Origin: a virus
Lineage: Duplodnaviria > Caudoviricetes
Length of the DNA stretch: 54,511 nt
Direction: 5' to 3' (one strand)
Virus record (IMG/VR): IMGVR_UViG_3300020450_000031
Coordinates: 1-54,511 of that record
Shown: positions 9,480 to 20,300 of the stretch, one piece after another
Position numbering within the stretch: position 1 is the first letter of the stretch
How the letters are laid out: each line of letters begins with the position of its first letter
Made by a program: the position numbers and the translations under genes
Notes under the pieces: generated by a model
What the model was told of the DNA's origin: nothing
The model's input: only the letters and a program-made list of their open reading frames with translations
Databases searched by the model: none

Positions 9480-9727
9480 GTAAACCTACGATACACGACA
9501 TCAAGGAAGTCGTGAATAACAAGTGGCGTGAAGAACTACTTGAAGGACTTGATGAGGTCAAACAAGCAATTAAAGAAGCAGAGATAGCAGAGAGTATGCT
9601 AGTCATGGTTAAGCTGAATGGAAACTATGTAAGGTTTTCATCACAGATTACTGACACTATGCCTTTGATTGCACAGCTTGAACTACTCAAGTACGACATA
9701 ATGAAACGTATGAAGAAGGAGGACTGA
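9476..9727 (+). CDS. hypothetical protein
   Basis: ATGA overlap, GGAG SD. Confidence 0.75.
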   Translation: MSKPTIHDIKEVVNNKWREELLEGLDEVKQAIKEAEIAESMLVMVKLNGNYVRFSSQITDTMPLIAQLELLKYDIMKRMKKED

Positions 9728-9922
9728 ATGGGTAAAGTTAAAGCATTGCTGATGGATGCAGAGGAGACACTTGATGAGTGTCTCACTGATAAAGGTATGA
9801 CCAATGAACAAGCCTTACGCTATATAAAAGAGAAACATGGTGGCATGGCTATGAACCATTGTGAGTGGAAACTTAAACATTTCATAGAAAATGATGTTGA
9901 CGATGAACTTACAGTAGAGTAA
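9728..9922 (+). CDS. hypothetical protein
   Basis: AAGGAGG SD; abuts previous stop. Confidence 0.75.
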   Translation: MGKVKALLMDAEETLDECLTDKGMTNEQALRYIKEKHGGMAMNHCEWKLKHFIENDVDDELTVE

Positions 9923-9925
9923 AGT
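9897..9925 (+). promoter_or_regulatory. internal promoter, likely giving a leaderless mRNA
   Basis: TTGACG-17nt-TAAAGT, ATG 9932 starts 7 nt after the -10, no SD. Confidence 0.55.
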
Positions 9926-9931
9926 TATAGC

Positions 9932-10600
9932 ATGACACAGTTGAGTCACTCATATTCATCGCTGAAGATGTACGAGAACTGTCCGAAGCGTTACTACCAC
10001 CAAAGAGTTACCAAAGAAGTAGCTGACAGTGGTAGTGATGCTACTCGGTACGGCAATCGTGTACATAAGGCCCTAGAAGAACGACTGTTAGATGACAACG
10101 AGTTGTCACAAGAAACTATACAGTACGAAGCCTTGTGTAAAAGCATTGTAAGAATGAAAGAACACCCATCGTTTGACCAGTTACTACTGGAGGAACGTAT
10201 GACTTTAACTGATAACTTTACACCAACAGATTGGTGGTCAGACAACGCTTGGTTACGATCCATACTAGACGTACTGGTCTTGTTCAAAGACAAAGCTATT
10301 GTAATGGATTGGAAAACTGGTAAGCGTAGACCAGACTTTACACAGTTAGAAATGTTTGCACTGCAAGTCTTTGCTCACTTCCCTCATATACAAACAGTCA
10401 TAACATCTTTTGTATGGCTCAAAGATATGAAGCAAGATAAGCGAGAGTTCTGTAGAGATTTATCTGGTGAGATGCAAGGTCATCTTAATGGTAGGATAGA
10501 AAGAATAAACCAATCATTAAGGAATGATGACTTCCCTGCAAAGCCAAGTGGACTGTGCCGATGGTGTCCTTGTTATGAGTGGTGTGAATATGCGGCTTGA
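9932..10600 (+). CDS. PD-(D/E)XK Cas4/RecB-like exonuclease
   Basis: SYSSL....CP, G..VH..LE, LD...DWKTGK, QL..FA, C-terminal CRWCPCYEWC. Confidence 0.9.
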   Translation: MTQLSHSYSSLKMYENCPKRYYHQRVTKEVADSGSDATRYGNRVHKALEERLLDDNELSQETIQYEALCKSIVRMKEHPSFDQLLLEERMTLTDNFTPTDWWSDNAWLRSILDVLVLFKDKAIVMDWKTGKRRPDFTQLEMFALQVFAHFPHIQTVITSFVWLKDMKQDKREFCRDLSGEMQGHLNGRIERINQSLRNDDFPAKPSGLCRWCPCYEWCEYAA

Positions 10601-10620
10601 CACTATTGTAAGGTTATGCT

Positions 10621-10950
10621 ATGGCTACTACACCAGAAGGTCGTGTAAAGAATAGACTCAAGGCTATGCTCAAGAAGCACAATGTGTGGTTCTATATGCC
10701 ACAAGCAGGTGCTTTTGGTAGAGCAGGTATCCCTGACTTTGTACTTATCGTGGAGGGTAGGTTTGTTGGGGTTGAATGTAAAGCAAGTAGGAGAAACCCA
10801 ACTGCTTTACAGATAGCTACGATGAAACAAATAGACGATGCAGGAGGCAAATGTTTTCTTGTGTATGATTATGAGACACAAGATGAATTGGAAAGGTGGA
10901 TATTAAATGCTCGTAATACCAAAGGTGCAAGGGTTAGCACTAAAACTTAA
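10621..10950 (+). CDS. VRR-NUC nuclease / Holliday junction resolvase
   Basis: TPEG, GIPD, GVECKA, TALQ. Confidence 0.9.
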   Translation: MATTPEGRVKNRLKAMLKKHNVWFYMPQAGAFGRAGIPDFVLIVEGRFVGVECKASRRNPTALQIATMKQIDDAGGKCFLVYDYETQDELERWILNARNTKGARVSTKT

Positions 10951-12454
10951 TAACCCCCAGATAGTTCTGGACAGCATACCAACTGCCAAGCCGTTGTCAG
11001 TCCGTGGTAACAACGTAGTTGTATTACCCCATAAACTTACAGAGGTATGGGCATTGCGTAAGCTAGGTATCAATGCGCCTTCACCTATCATGCACTACTA
11101 TGATTGGAAGGGTAAGTTCAAACCATATGAACATCAGCGTAATACTGCTAGCTTCCTAACTATACACAACAAGTGTCTAGTATTAAATGAGATAGGTACT
11201 GGTAAAACACAGTCAGCTTTATGGGCGGCTGATTACCTTATGGAATTAGGTGTAGTTAAGAAGTGTTTAATACTATCTCCTTTATCTACACTAGAACGTG
11301 TTTGGAGTGACGCTATCTTTATGAACTTTATAGATAGGCGTGCCACTGTATTGTATGGATCAGCAGAACGTAGACGTAAGCTACTAAAGATACCATCAGA
11401 TTTTTATATAATTAACCATGATGGTTTCCAAGTAGTAATGGATGACCTCAATGATTTTGATTTGGTTATCATAGATGAAGCGGCTGTATATAGAACACCA
11501 TCTACCAACAGGTTTAAGCTCTTTCGTAAATGGCTTAATAAAAATCCAGATGTAAGGTTGTGGTTAATGACTGGCACACCTACACCCAATGACCCTACTG
11601 ACGCATGGACTCTAGCTAAGATGGTACAGAACCCACATGTAGCTAAGACATACACTGCATTCAAAGAAGCTACCATGATGAAGATAGGACAATGGAAGTG
11701 GTTGCCTAGACCAGAGAGTGTAGAGTTAGTAAAGCATGTACTACAACCTGCTGTACGATACACAAGAGATGAATGCTTTGACTTACCATCTACAGTGTAT
11801 CAGACAAGGGAAGTGAAACTAACTAAAGACCAAGAGCAACACTACAAGAGTATGCTACGTAGCTTTGTTACAGAGGTACAAGCAGAAGGTAAGATTACTG
11901 CTGTCAATGAAGCAGTCAAGATGCAGAAGCTAGTACAGATAAGTTGTGGTGTAGCCTATGGTGATGATGGTCGTAACATAGAACTAGATGCGTCACCACG
12001 TATCAACGTTGTTAAAGATATTATAGAAGAAGCAGGTGGCAAGGTCATAGTATTTGTACCGCTGACTGGCACACTGCATATGCTTAACAAAGAATTATCA
12101 AAACATTACACCACTGGTGTAGTGAATGGTGATGTCTCAGCCAAGGTAAGGAATGAAATATTCTACAACTTTCAAGAGACAGAAGACCCAAGAGTATTGA
12201 TAGCACACCCTGCTACTATGGCTCATGGTCTTACATTAACTGCGGCTAGTACTGTTGTATGGTATGGGCCGATCAATAGTAACGAACAATACACACAAGC
12301 TAACGGCAGAGTGGAGCGTATAGGCAAACGTCATACGTCTAACGTTATACATATTGAAGCTACTCAACTTGAGTATCGAATGTATGAACGCTTGAAAAAC
12401 AAACAAGCATTGCAAGGTGTGTTGTTAGATTTAATCCAAGAGATGGGAGAGTGA
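10907..12454 (+). CDS. SNF2-family helicase
   Basis: GTGKT, IIDEA, MTGTP, HGLTLTAA, QANGRVERIG. Confidence 0.93.
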   Translation: MLVIPKVQGLALKLNNPQIVLDSIPTAKPLSVRGNNVVVLPHKLTEVWALRKLGINAPSPIMHYYDWKGKFKPYEHQRNTASFLTIHNKCLVLNEIGTGKTQSALWAADYLMELGVVKKCLILSPLSTLERVWSDAIFMNFIDRRATVLYGSAERRRKLLKIPSDFYIINHDGFQVVMDDLNDFDLVIIDEAAVYRTPSTNRFKLFRKWLNKNPDVRLWLMTGTPTPNDPTDAWTLAKMVQNPHVAKTYTAFKEATMMKIGQWKWLPRPESVELVKHVLQPAVRYTRDECFDLPSTVYQTREVKLTKDQEQHYKSMLRSFVTEVQAEGKITAVNEAVKMQKLVQISCGVAYGDDGRNIELDASPRINVVKDIIEEAGGKVIVFVPLTGTLHMLNKELSKHYTTGVVNGDVSAKVRNEIFYNFQETEDPRVLIAHPATMAHGLTLTAASTVVWYGPINSNEQYTQANGRVERIGKRHTSNVIHIEATQLEYRMYERLKNKQALQGVLLDLIQEMGE

Positions 12455-12455
12455 T

Positions 12456-12851
12456 ATGAAAATGGAAGATGTCATTAAGGCATATATCACCCTACGCAAT
12501 GAGAAGGATGCGATAGAGGGTGAAGTAAAAGAAAAGGTTAGAACCATCAAAGAAAAGATGGTGAAGCTAGAAGCCTACATAAAAAAACAAGCTGACGAAC
12601 AAGGTGTTACATCATTCAAGACTGGGCATGGTACAGCGTTTGTAACCACTACAGACTTTGCACAAGTAGCAGACTGGGATGCAATACTAGGTTTCATTAA
12701 GAAGAACGAAGCATGGGATATGTTGGAGAAACGTGTAAGTAAGAACGCAGTGCGTGGGTACATAGATGAACATAAAGATGTACCAAGCGGTGTGAACTAC
12801 GGCACTCGTATCGACATCAATGTTCGTAAGCCAACCGCAAAGGTAGAATAA
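12456..12851 (+). CDS. conserved replication-module hypothetical protein
   Basis: coiled-coil N-terminus, VADWD, LEKRV; GGAG SD. Confidence 0.75.
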   Translation: MKMEDVIKAYITLRNEKDAIEGEVKEKVRTIKEKMVKLEAYIKKQADEQGVTSFKTGHGTAFVTTTDFAQVADWDAILGFIKKNEAWDMLEKRVSKNAVRGYIDEHKDVPSGVNYGTRIDINVRKPTAKVE

Positions 12852-13522
12852 TGATACCTAGAATATCGGCAAGAAATATGACGTTCTCATTGCTGTCAGC
12901 TGCGGGCGACATCGACACTCTTGCCACAACACGTTTGTCTGTGATTGTTGTCGGTGCTAACCCAGCGCTGTCAAAAAGTTTTTATAAAGGTGAGTACTTT
13001 GAAGAAACATCAAAGCCAGATTGTTATTCATTAAATGGTAAGACACCAGATAAAGATTGCGATGATCCCCAGTCTGATATGTGTGCATTGTGTCCACAGA
13101 ACGCATGGGGTTCACGTACTACACCTACTGGTCAGCGTGTGAAAGCATGTGCTGACCAAAAGAGACTCGCAGTTGTATTAACTGACGACCCTAAGGGTAC
13201 AGTCTATCTACTGCAAGTAACCCCTACTTCACTGAAGAACTTGAACGGATACCAAAAGGTACTACAAAGCAAGTCTATATCTCCAGAGATAGCAAAGACT
13301 AGAGTATCTATAGATACATCCCTTGGGTTTCCAAAGCTAGAGTTTGACTTCGGTGGGTTTGTAGAGGAAGCCACACAAGAACATATTGACGGCTTGTGTG
13401 GTACAGAAGAAGTCAAGATAGTAACAGGCGAGTTGTCTGCCTCTGAACGGCAACTAACATTCAGCGACTTTGGGTTTGCTGAAGAAAATGGTTTTACAGA
13501 AGGAGGTCTAACCAATGAGTAA
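12851..13522 (+). CDS. Cys-containing ssDNA-binding/annealing-like protein
   Basis: PDCYS..G..P, C..CPQN.WGS, KAC...RLAV; replication-module position. Confidence 0.6.
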   Translation: MIPRISARNMTFSLLSAAGDIDTLATTRLSVIVVGANPALSKSFYKGEYFEETSKPDCYSLNGKTPDKDCDDPQSDMCALCPQNAWGSRTTPTGQRVKACADQKRLAVVLTDDPKGTVYLLQVTPTSLKNLNGYQKVLQSKSISPEIAKTRVSIDTSLGFPKLEFDFGGFVEEATQEHIDGLCGTEEVKIVTGELSASERQLTFSDFGFAEENGFTEGGLTNE

Positions 13523-14228
13523 AACATTTACAACACCAAAAGGGGTAGCATTCTACCCTTACATTTCTGCACCTGACACTAAGTTCGATGAGCAGGGGCA
13601 TTACAAAGTTAATCTGTGCATACCAAAGGAGGAAGCACAGCCTATCATCGAACAGATAAAGGGTGAGTTGGTTGCAGGTATTAAGGCATTGAAAGAAGCC
13701 AAGCCTAACGCCAAGATTAAACAAGCACCACTGCCGTTTGAAGATGAGCTAGATGATGACGATGAACCTACTGGTAACGTGATGATTAAGTTCAAATCAA
13801 AAGCCGCCTATAAACCTGCTGTCTTTGATAGCAAGGGTACACCTATGCTTAATTCTAATATCTATGCAGGGTCTGTACTCAAGGTGAATGGGTCTATTGC
13901 TTTCTACAATTCACCTGCCGTTGGTGCAGGAGCTACACTGCGACTAAGAGCAGTACAAGTTATTGAATATGTCGAAGGCTCTAGCGGTGCAGGTAAGTTT
14001 GGCTTTGAAGAAGAAACTGGGTTTACTATCGAAGATACTGAGGAGGTTGAAGACAACAAGCCCGAAGTCGTTGCCGAAGAAAAACCTGCCCCAGAAGCCC
14101 AGGCAGCCAAGCCGACACCCAAACCACAACCTGTTGAGCCAGCTCCCGTTAAGGAAGTAAGTTCTGATGCGGATGACTTGGCTAATGAAATAGCTAACTT
14201 ACTGGATGAGGTAAACACTGATGACTAA
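13515..14228 (+). CDS. T7 gp2.5-like single-stranded DNA-binding protein with extended acidic/Pro-rich tail
   Basis: FTTPKG.A.YPYI..PD, KFK, IYAGS..KV, G.TLRL.AVQVIE; GGAGGT SD. Confidence 0.85.
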   Translation: MSKTFTTPKGVAFYPYISAPDTKFDEQGHYKVNLCIPKEEAQPIIEQIKGELVAGIKALKEAKPNAKIKQAPLPFEDELDDDDEPTGNVMIKFKSKAAYKPAVFDSKGTPMLNSNIYAGSVLKVNGSIAFYNSPAVGAGATLRLRAVQVIEYVEGSSGAGKFGFEEETGFTIEDTEEVEDNKPEVVAEEKPAPEAQAAKPTPKPQPVEPAPVKEVSSDADDLANEIANLLDEVNTDD

Positions 14229-14499
14229 ACCCTTGGACTTTACCAAGGTTGAGGCGTTAAGGCGACATATGTTGCTGAGTGTACGAGACATAGCTATGGT
14301 TTTAGGCGTGTCTCGTATGACCTACTATGGTTGGTTAAAAGGAAAGCCATTACGTAAATCTAATGATGCTAAGGTAAGGGAGAAACTAAGGCAGTTATTA
14401 GAGATTATGAAAGAAGGATGGCCTCAACCAGAAGTGATAGCACTTGAGTCTGTCTCACGTAGGCAGAGACTTCTTGAGTTATTAGATGATAACAGTTAG
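14221..14499 (+). CDS. XRE/Cro-like HTH regulator
   Basis: LSVRDIAMVLGVSRMTYYGW. Confidence 0.85.
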   Translation: MTKPLDFTKVEALRRHMLLSVRDIAMVLGVSRMTYYGWLKGKPLRKSNDAKVREKLRQLLEIMKEGWPQPEVIALESVSRRQRLLELLDDNS

Positions 14500-14505
14500 A
14501 CTAAA

Positions 14506-14546
14506 GAGGGCTAGAGGGGTTAATTCCGAACACCTCTCTAGCCTTC
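14506..14546 (+). other. 15-bp hairpin just upstream of primase SD
   Basis: GAGGGCTAGAGGGGT ... ACCTCTCTAGCCTTC with G-U pairs, no U-tract. Confidence 0.7.
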
Positions 14547-14561
14547 ATAAAGGACAGTGGA

Positions 14562-17399
14562 ATGGATACGTTAGGATTTTTACAGCGAGTCCTACCGTCT
14601 GAAGGCTACTACGTTTCTATTGTAGTAAACCCTGATGGGAGAAAGCAGGGATTTTTTCAGACTGTAGAAGAACTTGCAACTGCTTGTAAAAGATTAGACA
14701 GAGCAGGAAACAATACATACTTTGCTATATCTTCTTTTTGTACAAAGGAAAACAGAAAGCAAGAGAACGTAAATAAAACAAAAGTCATCGCCATTGATGT
14801 TGATTGTGGTGATGGCAAACCTTTTGCTGATTGGCGAGAGGGATTAAAAGCATTACAAGATTATATTGTTAGAATGAAACTGCCAAAGCCTATGGTAGTT
14901 AGCAGTGGTAATGGACTGCATGTATACTGGGTACTAACGAAAGAGTTAGAACCAGATGATTGGAAGCCTATAGCTAACGCAGTAAAGGCTTCAGCACTCG
15001 ACAAAGGTTTCAAAGCAGACGCAGGGTTGATAGCTAATAGCTCCCTTGTGTTACGCCCCATTGGTACACACAATCCCAAGAATGGTAAAGAGGTCAAGCT
15101 ACTTATAGATGCTGACCCAGTTACACCCGAAGAACTATCGGTTAGGCTACATGATTACGTGCTTTCCACAGGGCCCACCGTAGGCAAACAAACATCTGAC
15201 AACTCGTTGCTAAACAATCTAGCGGCTACTGTGGATTTCCCACCATCTATTAGTTCTTCTATCTACAATAAATGCCAACAAGTTAAACATGCTGTGGATA
15301 ACCAAGACTCTGTGGCTGAACCAGTATGGTATAACGCTATAGGTATTGCGGCTTATTGTATAGACCCAGAAGATACTGCACGAAGGTGGAGTGAAAACTA
15401 CCCTGCATATTCAGAAGAAGCAACTATGTCTAAGCTACGGCATTGGAAAGATGGTGCTACTGGCCCAACTACCTGCGCTAAGTTTGATGTAGATAACCCT
15501 GATGGATGTAAAGGTTGTAAGTATAAAGGTAAGATAACTAGTCCGATACGACTTGGAATTAGCTATCAAGAAGTACAGCTACAAGAAACACTTGATAAGA
15601 ATGCCAGTCAAGTACAGCTACCCAAACCTTTTAAGCGAACAAAAGATGGCATCAAAATAACCATAGACGATACAGATATAGATGTATGCAGGTTTGATAT
15701 ATACCCTGTGTCATACGGAAAGGATGAGTCACTAGGCTACGAAACAGTTAGATACCACTGGAAAAGACCCCATGTTGGTTGGCAAGAACTGGTGTTACGT
15801 CAAGCGTACTTGACTGAAGGGCATCGTGAATTTGCTACAGCTATAGCAGACCAAGGTATTGTCTTGTATAACAAGAAACAAACGGAGTTTTTTCAGCTTA
15901 TGTTACGTACTTATATGGATGAACTAAGGCAGATTAGGTCGATGTCGAACCTATATGCTTCAATGGGATGGAAAGAGAACAACACACAATTTGTTCTAGG
16001 GAACACGTTGTTCCGTAGCTCAGGCGGCGAAGTGACAAAAGATGCAATATCGCTGACCTCGGCATCAAACAAGACTAGTCAAGATTTGTATAGCACCAAA
16101 GGTACAATTCAGAACTGGGTAGAGCTAACTAACTTATTAGAGAAAGCAGGTATGCCTTGGCATATGTTTGCATTAGGCATTGGATTCTCTGCACCACTAT
16201 ATAACTTTACTGGATTAAAAGGACTTACAATCTCTCTATATGGGCCAACTGGTGGAGGTAAAACACTAGCACAGTACTGGGTACAGTCTATCTATGGAGA
16301 TCCAGAGAAGCTACATTTTACAGCTAAGTACACACAGAACTCTTTGTTCAGTAGACTAGGGTTATACAGCAATCTACCATTGACAGTAGACGAAGTAACC
16401 ATGATGCAAGACAAAGAGGTTGGTGACTTCTGTTACTGGGTATCACAAGGTAGAGATAAAGCTAGACTCAATCGTAATGCAGAGGAGCGTGATGCTAAGA
16501 CATGGGCTACACCTGTTATAGTATCCACCAACAAGTCTCTACAAAGCAAGCTAATCGCCAGCGGACTGGAAACAGATGCACAGATGGCTCGACTACTAGA
16601 GATACCAATCCCATCACATAGATTGTTTACTAAAGACTCGACAACTGGGCGTAAAATATACAACCTAATCAACTCGAACTACGGGGAGGTAGGGCAATTA
16701 TATGTCAACAAGTTGATGGAGCTTGGTTCTGATGTGATCCAGGGAATGATAGAGCAAGCAACAAATGAGTTCCAAGGCAAGTATAAATCCAAGTTTACTG
16801 GCGAAGAAAGATACTGGGAGCAAGCCATAGTCCTAGCTGACCTAGGTTTGAAACTAGCTAATGATTGGAACTTAATTAAGTTTGATTACACTATAGCTAC
16901 AGAATGGGTACTAGCACAACTAGGAGCAATCCGTAGAACTGTACAAGACAACAAGGTTGATTCCTTTGACTTGATAGCAGAGTACCTAAATGATTCAGCA
17001 GGCGCTGCAGTAACAGTAATGCACACATCCACCAACAAACCTACAGTTGATTTATCTCGTATGCCACGAGCTGACATAAGAGTTCGATTCGACATATACC
17101 GCAACTCTGAAGTTGAGGAGTTTGATAGAGGTACAATAATGCTTGACCGCACTCACTTCCGCAAGTGGTTGTCTGTGCGAGGAGCTGACTACAAATCATT
17201 CACACAAGAACTTGTTGAGGAAAACGTAGTAGCTACACCTAAATCACAAAAGTTTTACCTAGGTAAAGACACACCAGTTAAACTAGGACAATCATACGTG
17301 ATAGGTATAAACCTTAATCACCCAAGGTTAATGGGTATACTAGATGCTGTTGAGTCAAACATAGAAGACCTGACTCAAGGTAAGTTTAAGTTAGTGTAA
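14562..17399 (+). CDS. primase-helicase (AEP/RepB-like primase, Cys cluster, DUF927 helicase)
   Basis: IDVD, SSGNGLHVYW, LRPIGT.N.K, C...C..C, GPTGGGKT, VDE. Confidence 0.9.
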   Translation: MDTLGFLQRVLPSEGYYVSIVVNPDGRKQGFFQTVEELATACKRLDRAGNNTYFAISSFCTKENRKQENVNKTKVIAIDVDCGDGKPFADWREGLKALQDYIVRMKLPKPMVVSSGNGLHVYWVLTKELEPDDWKPIANAVKASALDKGFKADAGLIANSSLVLRPIGTHNPKNGKEVKLLIDADPVTPEELSVRLHDYVLSTGPTVGKQTSDNSLLNNLAATVDFPPSISSSIYNKCQQVKHAVDNQDSVAEPVWYNAIGIAAYCIDPEDTARRWSENYPAYSEEATMSKLRHWKDGATGPTTCAKFDVDNPDGCKGCKYKGKITSPIRLGISYQEVQLQETLDKNASQVQLPKPFKRTKDGIKITIDDTDIDVCRFDIYPVSYGKDESLGYETVRYHWKRPHVGWQELVLRQAYLTEGHREFATAIADQGIVLYNKKQTEFFQLMLRTYMDELRQIRSMSNLYASMGWKENNTQFVLGNTLFRSSGGEVTKDAISLTSASNKTSQDLYSTKGTIQNWVELTNLLEKAGMPWHMFALGIGFSAPLYNFTGLKGLTISLYGPTGGGKTLAQYWVQSIYGDPEKLHFTAKYTQNSLFSRLGLYSNLPLTVDEVTMMQDKEVGDFCYWVSQGRDKARLNRNAEERDAKTWATPVIVSTNKSLQSKLIASGLETDAQMARLLEIPIPSHRLFTKDSTTGRKIYNLINSNYGEVGQLYVNKLMELGSDVIQGMIEQATNEFQGKYKSKFTGEERYWEQAIVLADLGLKLANDWNLIKFDYTIATEWVLAQLGAIRRTVQDNKVDSFDLIAEYLNDSAGAAVTVMHTSTNKPTVDLSRMPRADIRVRFDIYRNSEVEEFDRGTIMLDRTHFRKWLSVRGADYKSFTQELVEENVVATPKSQKFYLGKDTPVKLGQSYVIGINLNHPRLMGILDAVESNIEDLTQGKFKLV

Positions 17400-20300
17400 C
17401 TACCTTATATCAACACCATACACTTGCGATATAATATCTGTGATACTATCCCTAGTACTTTTAGGGGTAGTCTTCAAGAACCTTGCACCTGCGCCTAGTT
17501 CTGCTGACTTTACAGCCTTCCTAACTTTACCATAGAAATCGTCAATGTAGAACGGATCACCTCTGCGGTGTACTCTGTTGTGGTCTCTTACATCCTGTTC
17601 AATAGACCGCATAGCACTCCTATCTTTCATAAGAGCCGCCCTTACATATTGTTCTCTGTAACTTGCTGAGATTGCTTTGGTGTAATCTACAAGTCTCTTA
17701 CTCATTCTTACTGCGTCATTAGACCTAGTAGCTTGCACTGGATAGAATCCTAGGAATCTAGTTATTAAGTTTGCAGTACTAATATCTCTGGTAACTGTGT
17801 AGCCACGGGAGTTAAGTACAGCACCTGTGTTATAATATACTGCTGTGTCCATGATATTACGTAAGCCTGCTATAGGACTAGCTTGTGCAATACGCATCAA
17901 CTCGTTGGTGGGATCTGACTTAAACGGTACTTTAGCTAGGTCTAATGCACTAGTAACTGTGCCTGCCATTGCACTAAATATAGGCCCAGCAATGTTCTTC
18001 AGTTCTTGGGGGGTACTCGCTCCTGCTAAGAATATACCTGTGCCTGGGAGTAGATCACCCAAAGCAAGTCTGCTTGACACTGTGCCACCACCACCAACTT
18101 GGTCAGCAAATCCTCTAAGTGCTACCTGTGCCCAGAACGTACCATCTAACCCTACTGCATCAGTGGTGTCTTCTACAAATTTACCCACAGCTAGTTCTAC
18201 AGGAGGAACTCTAATACCGAACAGCTGTGCTAGTGTATCCACTAGATCTGCTAAGTCGTCAGCAAACGGCAAACCTTTCAGTCCTGCTACTGCCATCAAA
18301 GCAGTAAGATAATATACTCTACCTGCTGGAGGTAATGTACGTACCAACTGTGTAGCAATAACAGTAAACTGTTTATACATATAGATATACTGCGCCCATG
18401 TACCCCTTGCTATGTCAGGTCTGTTGTACATGGCGTAGTCACCTTGAGATTTATTAACAACCTCAACGGCTTTTTCTTCTAACGCAAACAAATCAGGTTG
18501 ATCATTTTGATTTACAAGATCATTTTCTTGTTCAAAACTGGCGTCAGTAAGAGTTGGATCAGCCGCCATTCTCCTACGTTTTTCTAATCTGTATGTAGCT
18601 AATGCTGAACTACGTCTGTTCTGCTGTTCAGTGTAAGCAAACGGAATCATGTATTTCTTTGTTATTGCAGTCCAGTTTGCGCTGTTAAAGAAATTACCTC
18701 TGGAACTTCCTGCAAGTGAGTTAACTAACGCAGCGTCAAGGATACCACGAGATGTTTGTCTGTATAAGAACTGTGCTTCATCCAGGGTCAAACCAAATGA
18801 TTTATAATTATCACCCTTTAATACTGTATCTCTAATCCAAGCTGGGTCTGCCCATTTTGGATTTTTCAAATCTTTTAAGGCTTTACTTATCTGGATACCT
18901 GATTGCATAAAGCCATAACCACCGCCTGTACCTAGTTTAGAATTGTACGTAGCCATGTATGGTATAGCCATCAATGGTAGAGAAGTGAGGTTGACTAGAC
19001 CTGCAGCAATAGAACCACCCAACTGCATAGCCACAGCTAAGTTCTTCAGTCCTGATAGTGGGCCTTTAGATAGTTCATCTTCTACTGATATGGCAATGTC
19101 AGTTTGCTGTGCGTAGAAAGATAAAAGTTTATTACCTTGGTTTCTGTATCGCTCACCTTTACCACCAGTAGGTTTTATTTCAATCTTGTTGCCTTTACGA
19201 TCTGTAGCTTTTGTAAAGACTCTGCCATTTAGAGGCGCACTTTCTTTATACATATGAGCGTAAGCCTCAAACTTTTCTCTGGCTATATGTATACGCTCTT
19301 TGTTACCTGTTCTTTCTGCTGCCTCTACATCTGCCCAAGACTGTTCTAGTACTTCGTAGTTACCTTTCCAGTTGCTATCGTCTGCCATAATCATATTGAT
19401 GTCAGTGCGATGCTCGTTCTTTGCAGCTATAGCAGCTCCAGTCTCAAGATACTCAGATACAGAGCGAATCATGTCTGGGTCAAAACCAGCTTGGAATCTT
19501 TTTCTTAGATGTGACCTAGCTTTGTCATGTTGTCTTGATAAAGCCTCAACAATACGCTCTCGTTCTGCCAAGTCTAGGCTAACACCCAAGCTGTTTAAGA
19601 CATTGACAAACTCATCGTAGTTCATGGACTGGTTGGTTGGTGTGCCACCAGTAGCATCTTCTACTAGGGCAGTCATAATAACTTGTTGTGTACCCCCGTC
19701 CTCCAGTGGGACATCAAACACAGTCTCGTTTAGATCACCGTTGTAAGCCTCCGCCATCTCTGTCAGGTGTGCAAAGTCATCATTCTGGAAATAAGGAAAC
19801 GCAGCTGAGAAGTTCTCAGGTAGTTTTACAGGTGCTCCCCTGCTTCCATCTCTGTTTACTGAGAACGCTTGGAATCTAAGTTGGTGTTTACCTCTACGTT
19901 TGTATGGTACGTAGGAATCAAATATGGTTTGTTTCGCCATCACATTAGCGTTAATAAGCTGTGTGTCGGTAAACACTTGGTCTTTCATAGGTTGTTGTAT
20001 GCGTTTTATAACATTGTTTTTATCAAACAAATTCTTACCACTTGCGTCTTTATACTGACGCATACGATCTAAACCATCTAATATACTAGTAAGATCTATA
20101 GGATTTTGTTTACCTGCATTGGTTCTGTTGTAAGCAAGTATTGCATTGATAGCTTTCTGTGAATTACCTTGAGGATTATCAAAAGGACTATCATCAGGCT
20201 TCATATTTCTAAGGTCTGCTGATGCTTCTGACTGCCACATAGCCCGAGTCACACCATTGATGAAGTCCTCAGCTTGCTGCAATGTTTGTGCGTTTACTCT

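Noticed and set aside
10597-10625. TTGACA as promoter for the VRR-NUC gene
   Set aside because: A 17-nt spacer puts the -10 on top of the ATG; geometry does not fit, so not listed as a feature
13495-13525. Programmed frameshift fusing the two SSB-like ORFs
   Set aside because: Downstream gene has its own GGAGGT SD and ATG; no slippery heptamer seen
14221-14499. Lysogeny/immunity module
   Set aside because: Single HTH in the replication operon; no integrase, divergent cI/cro pair or att site seen
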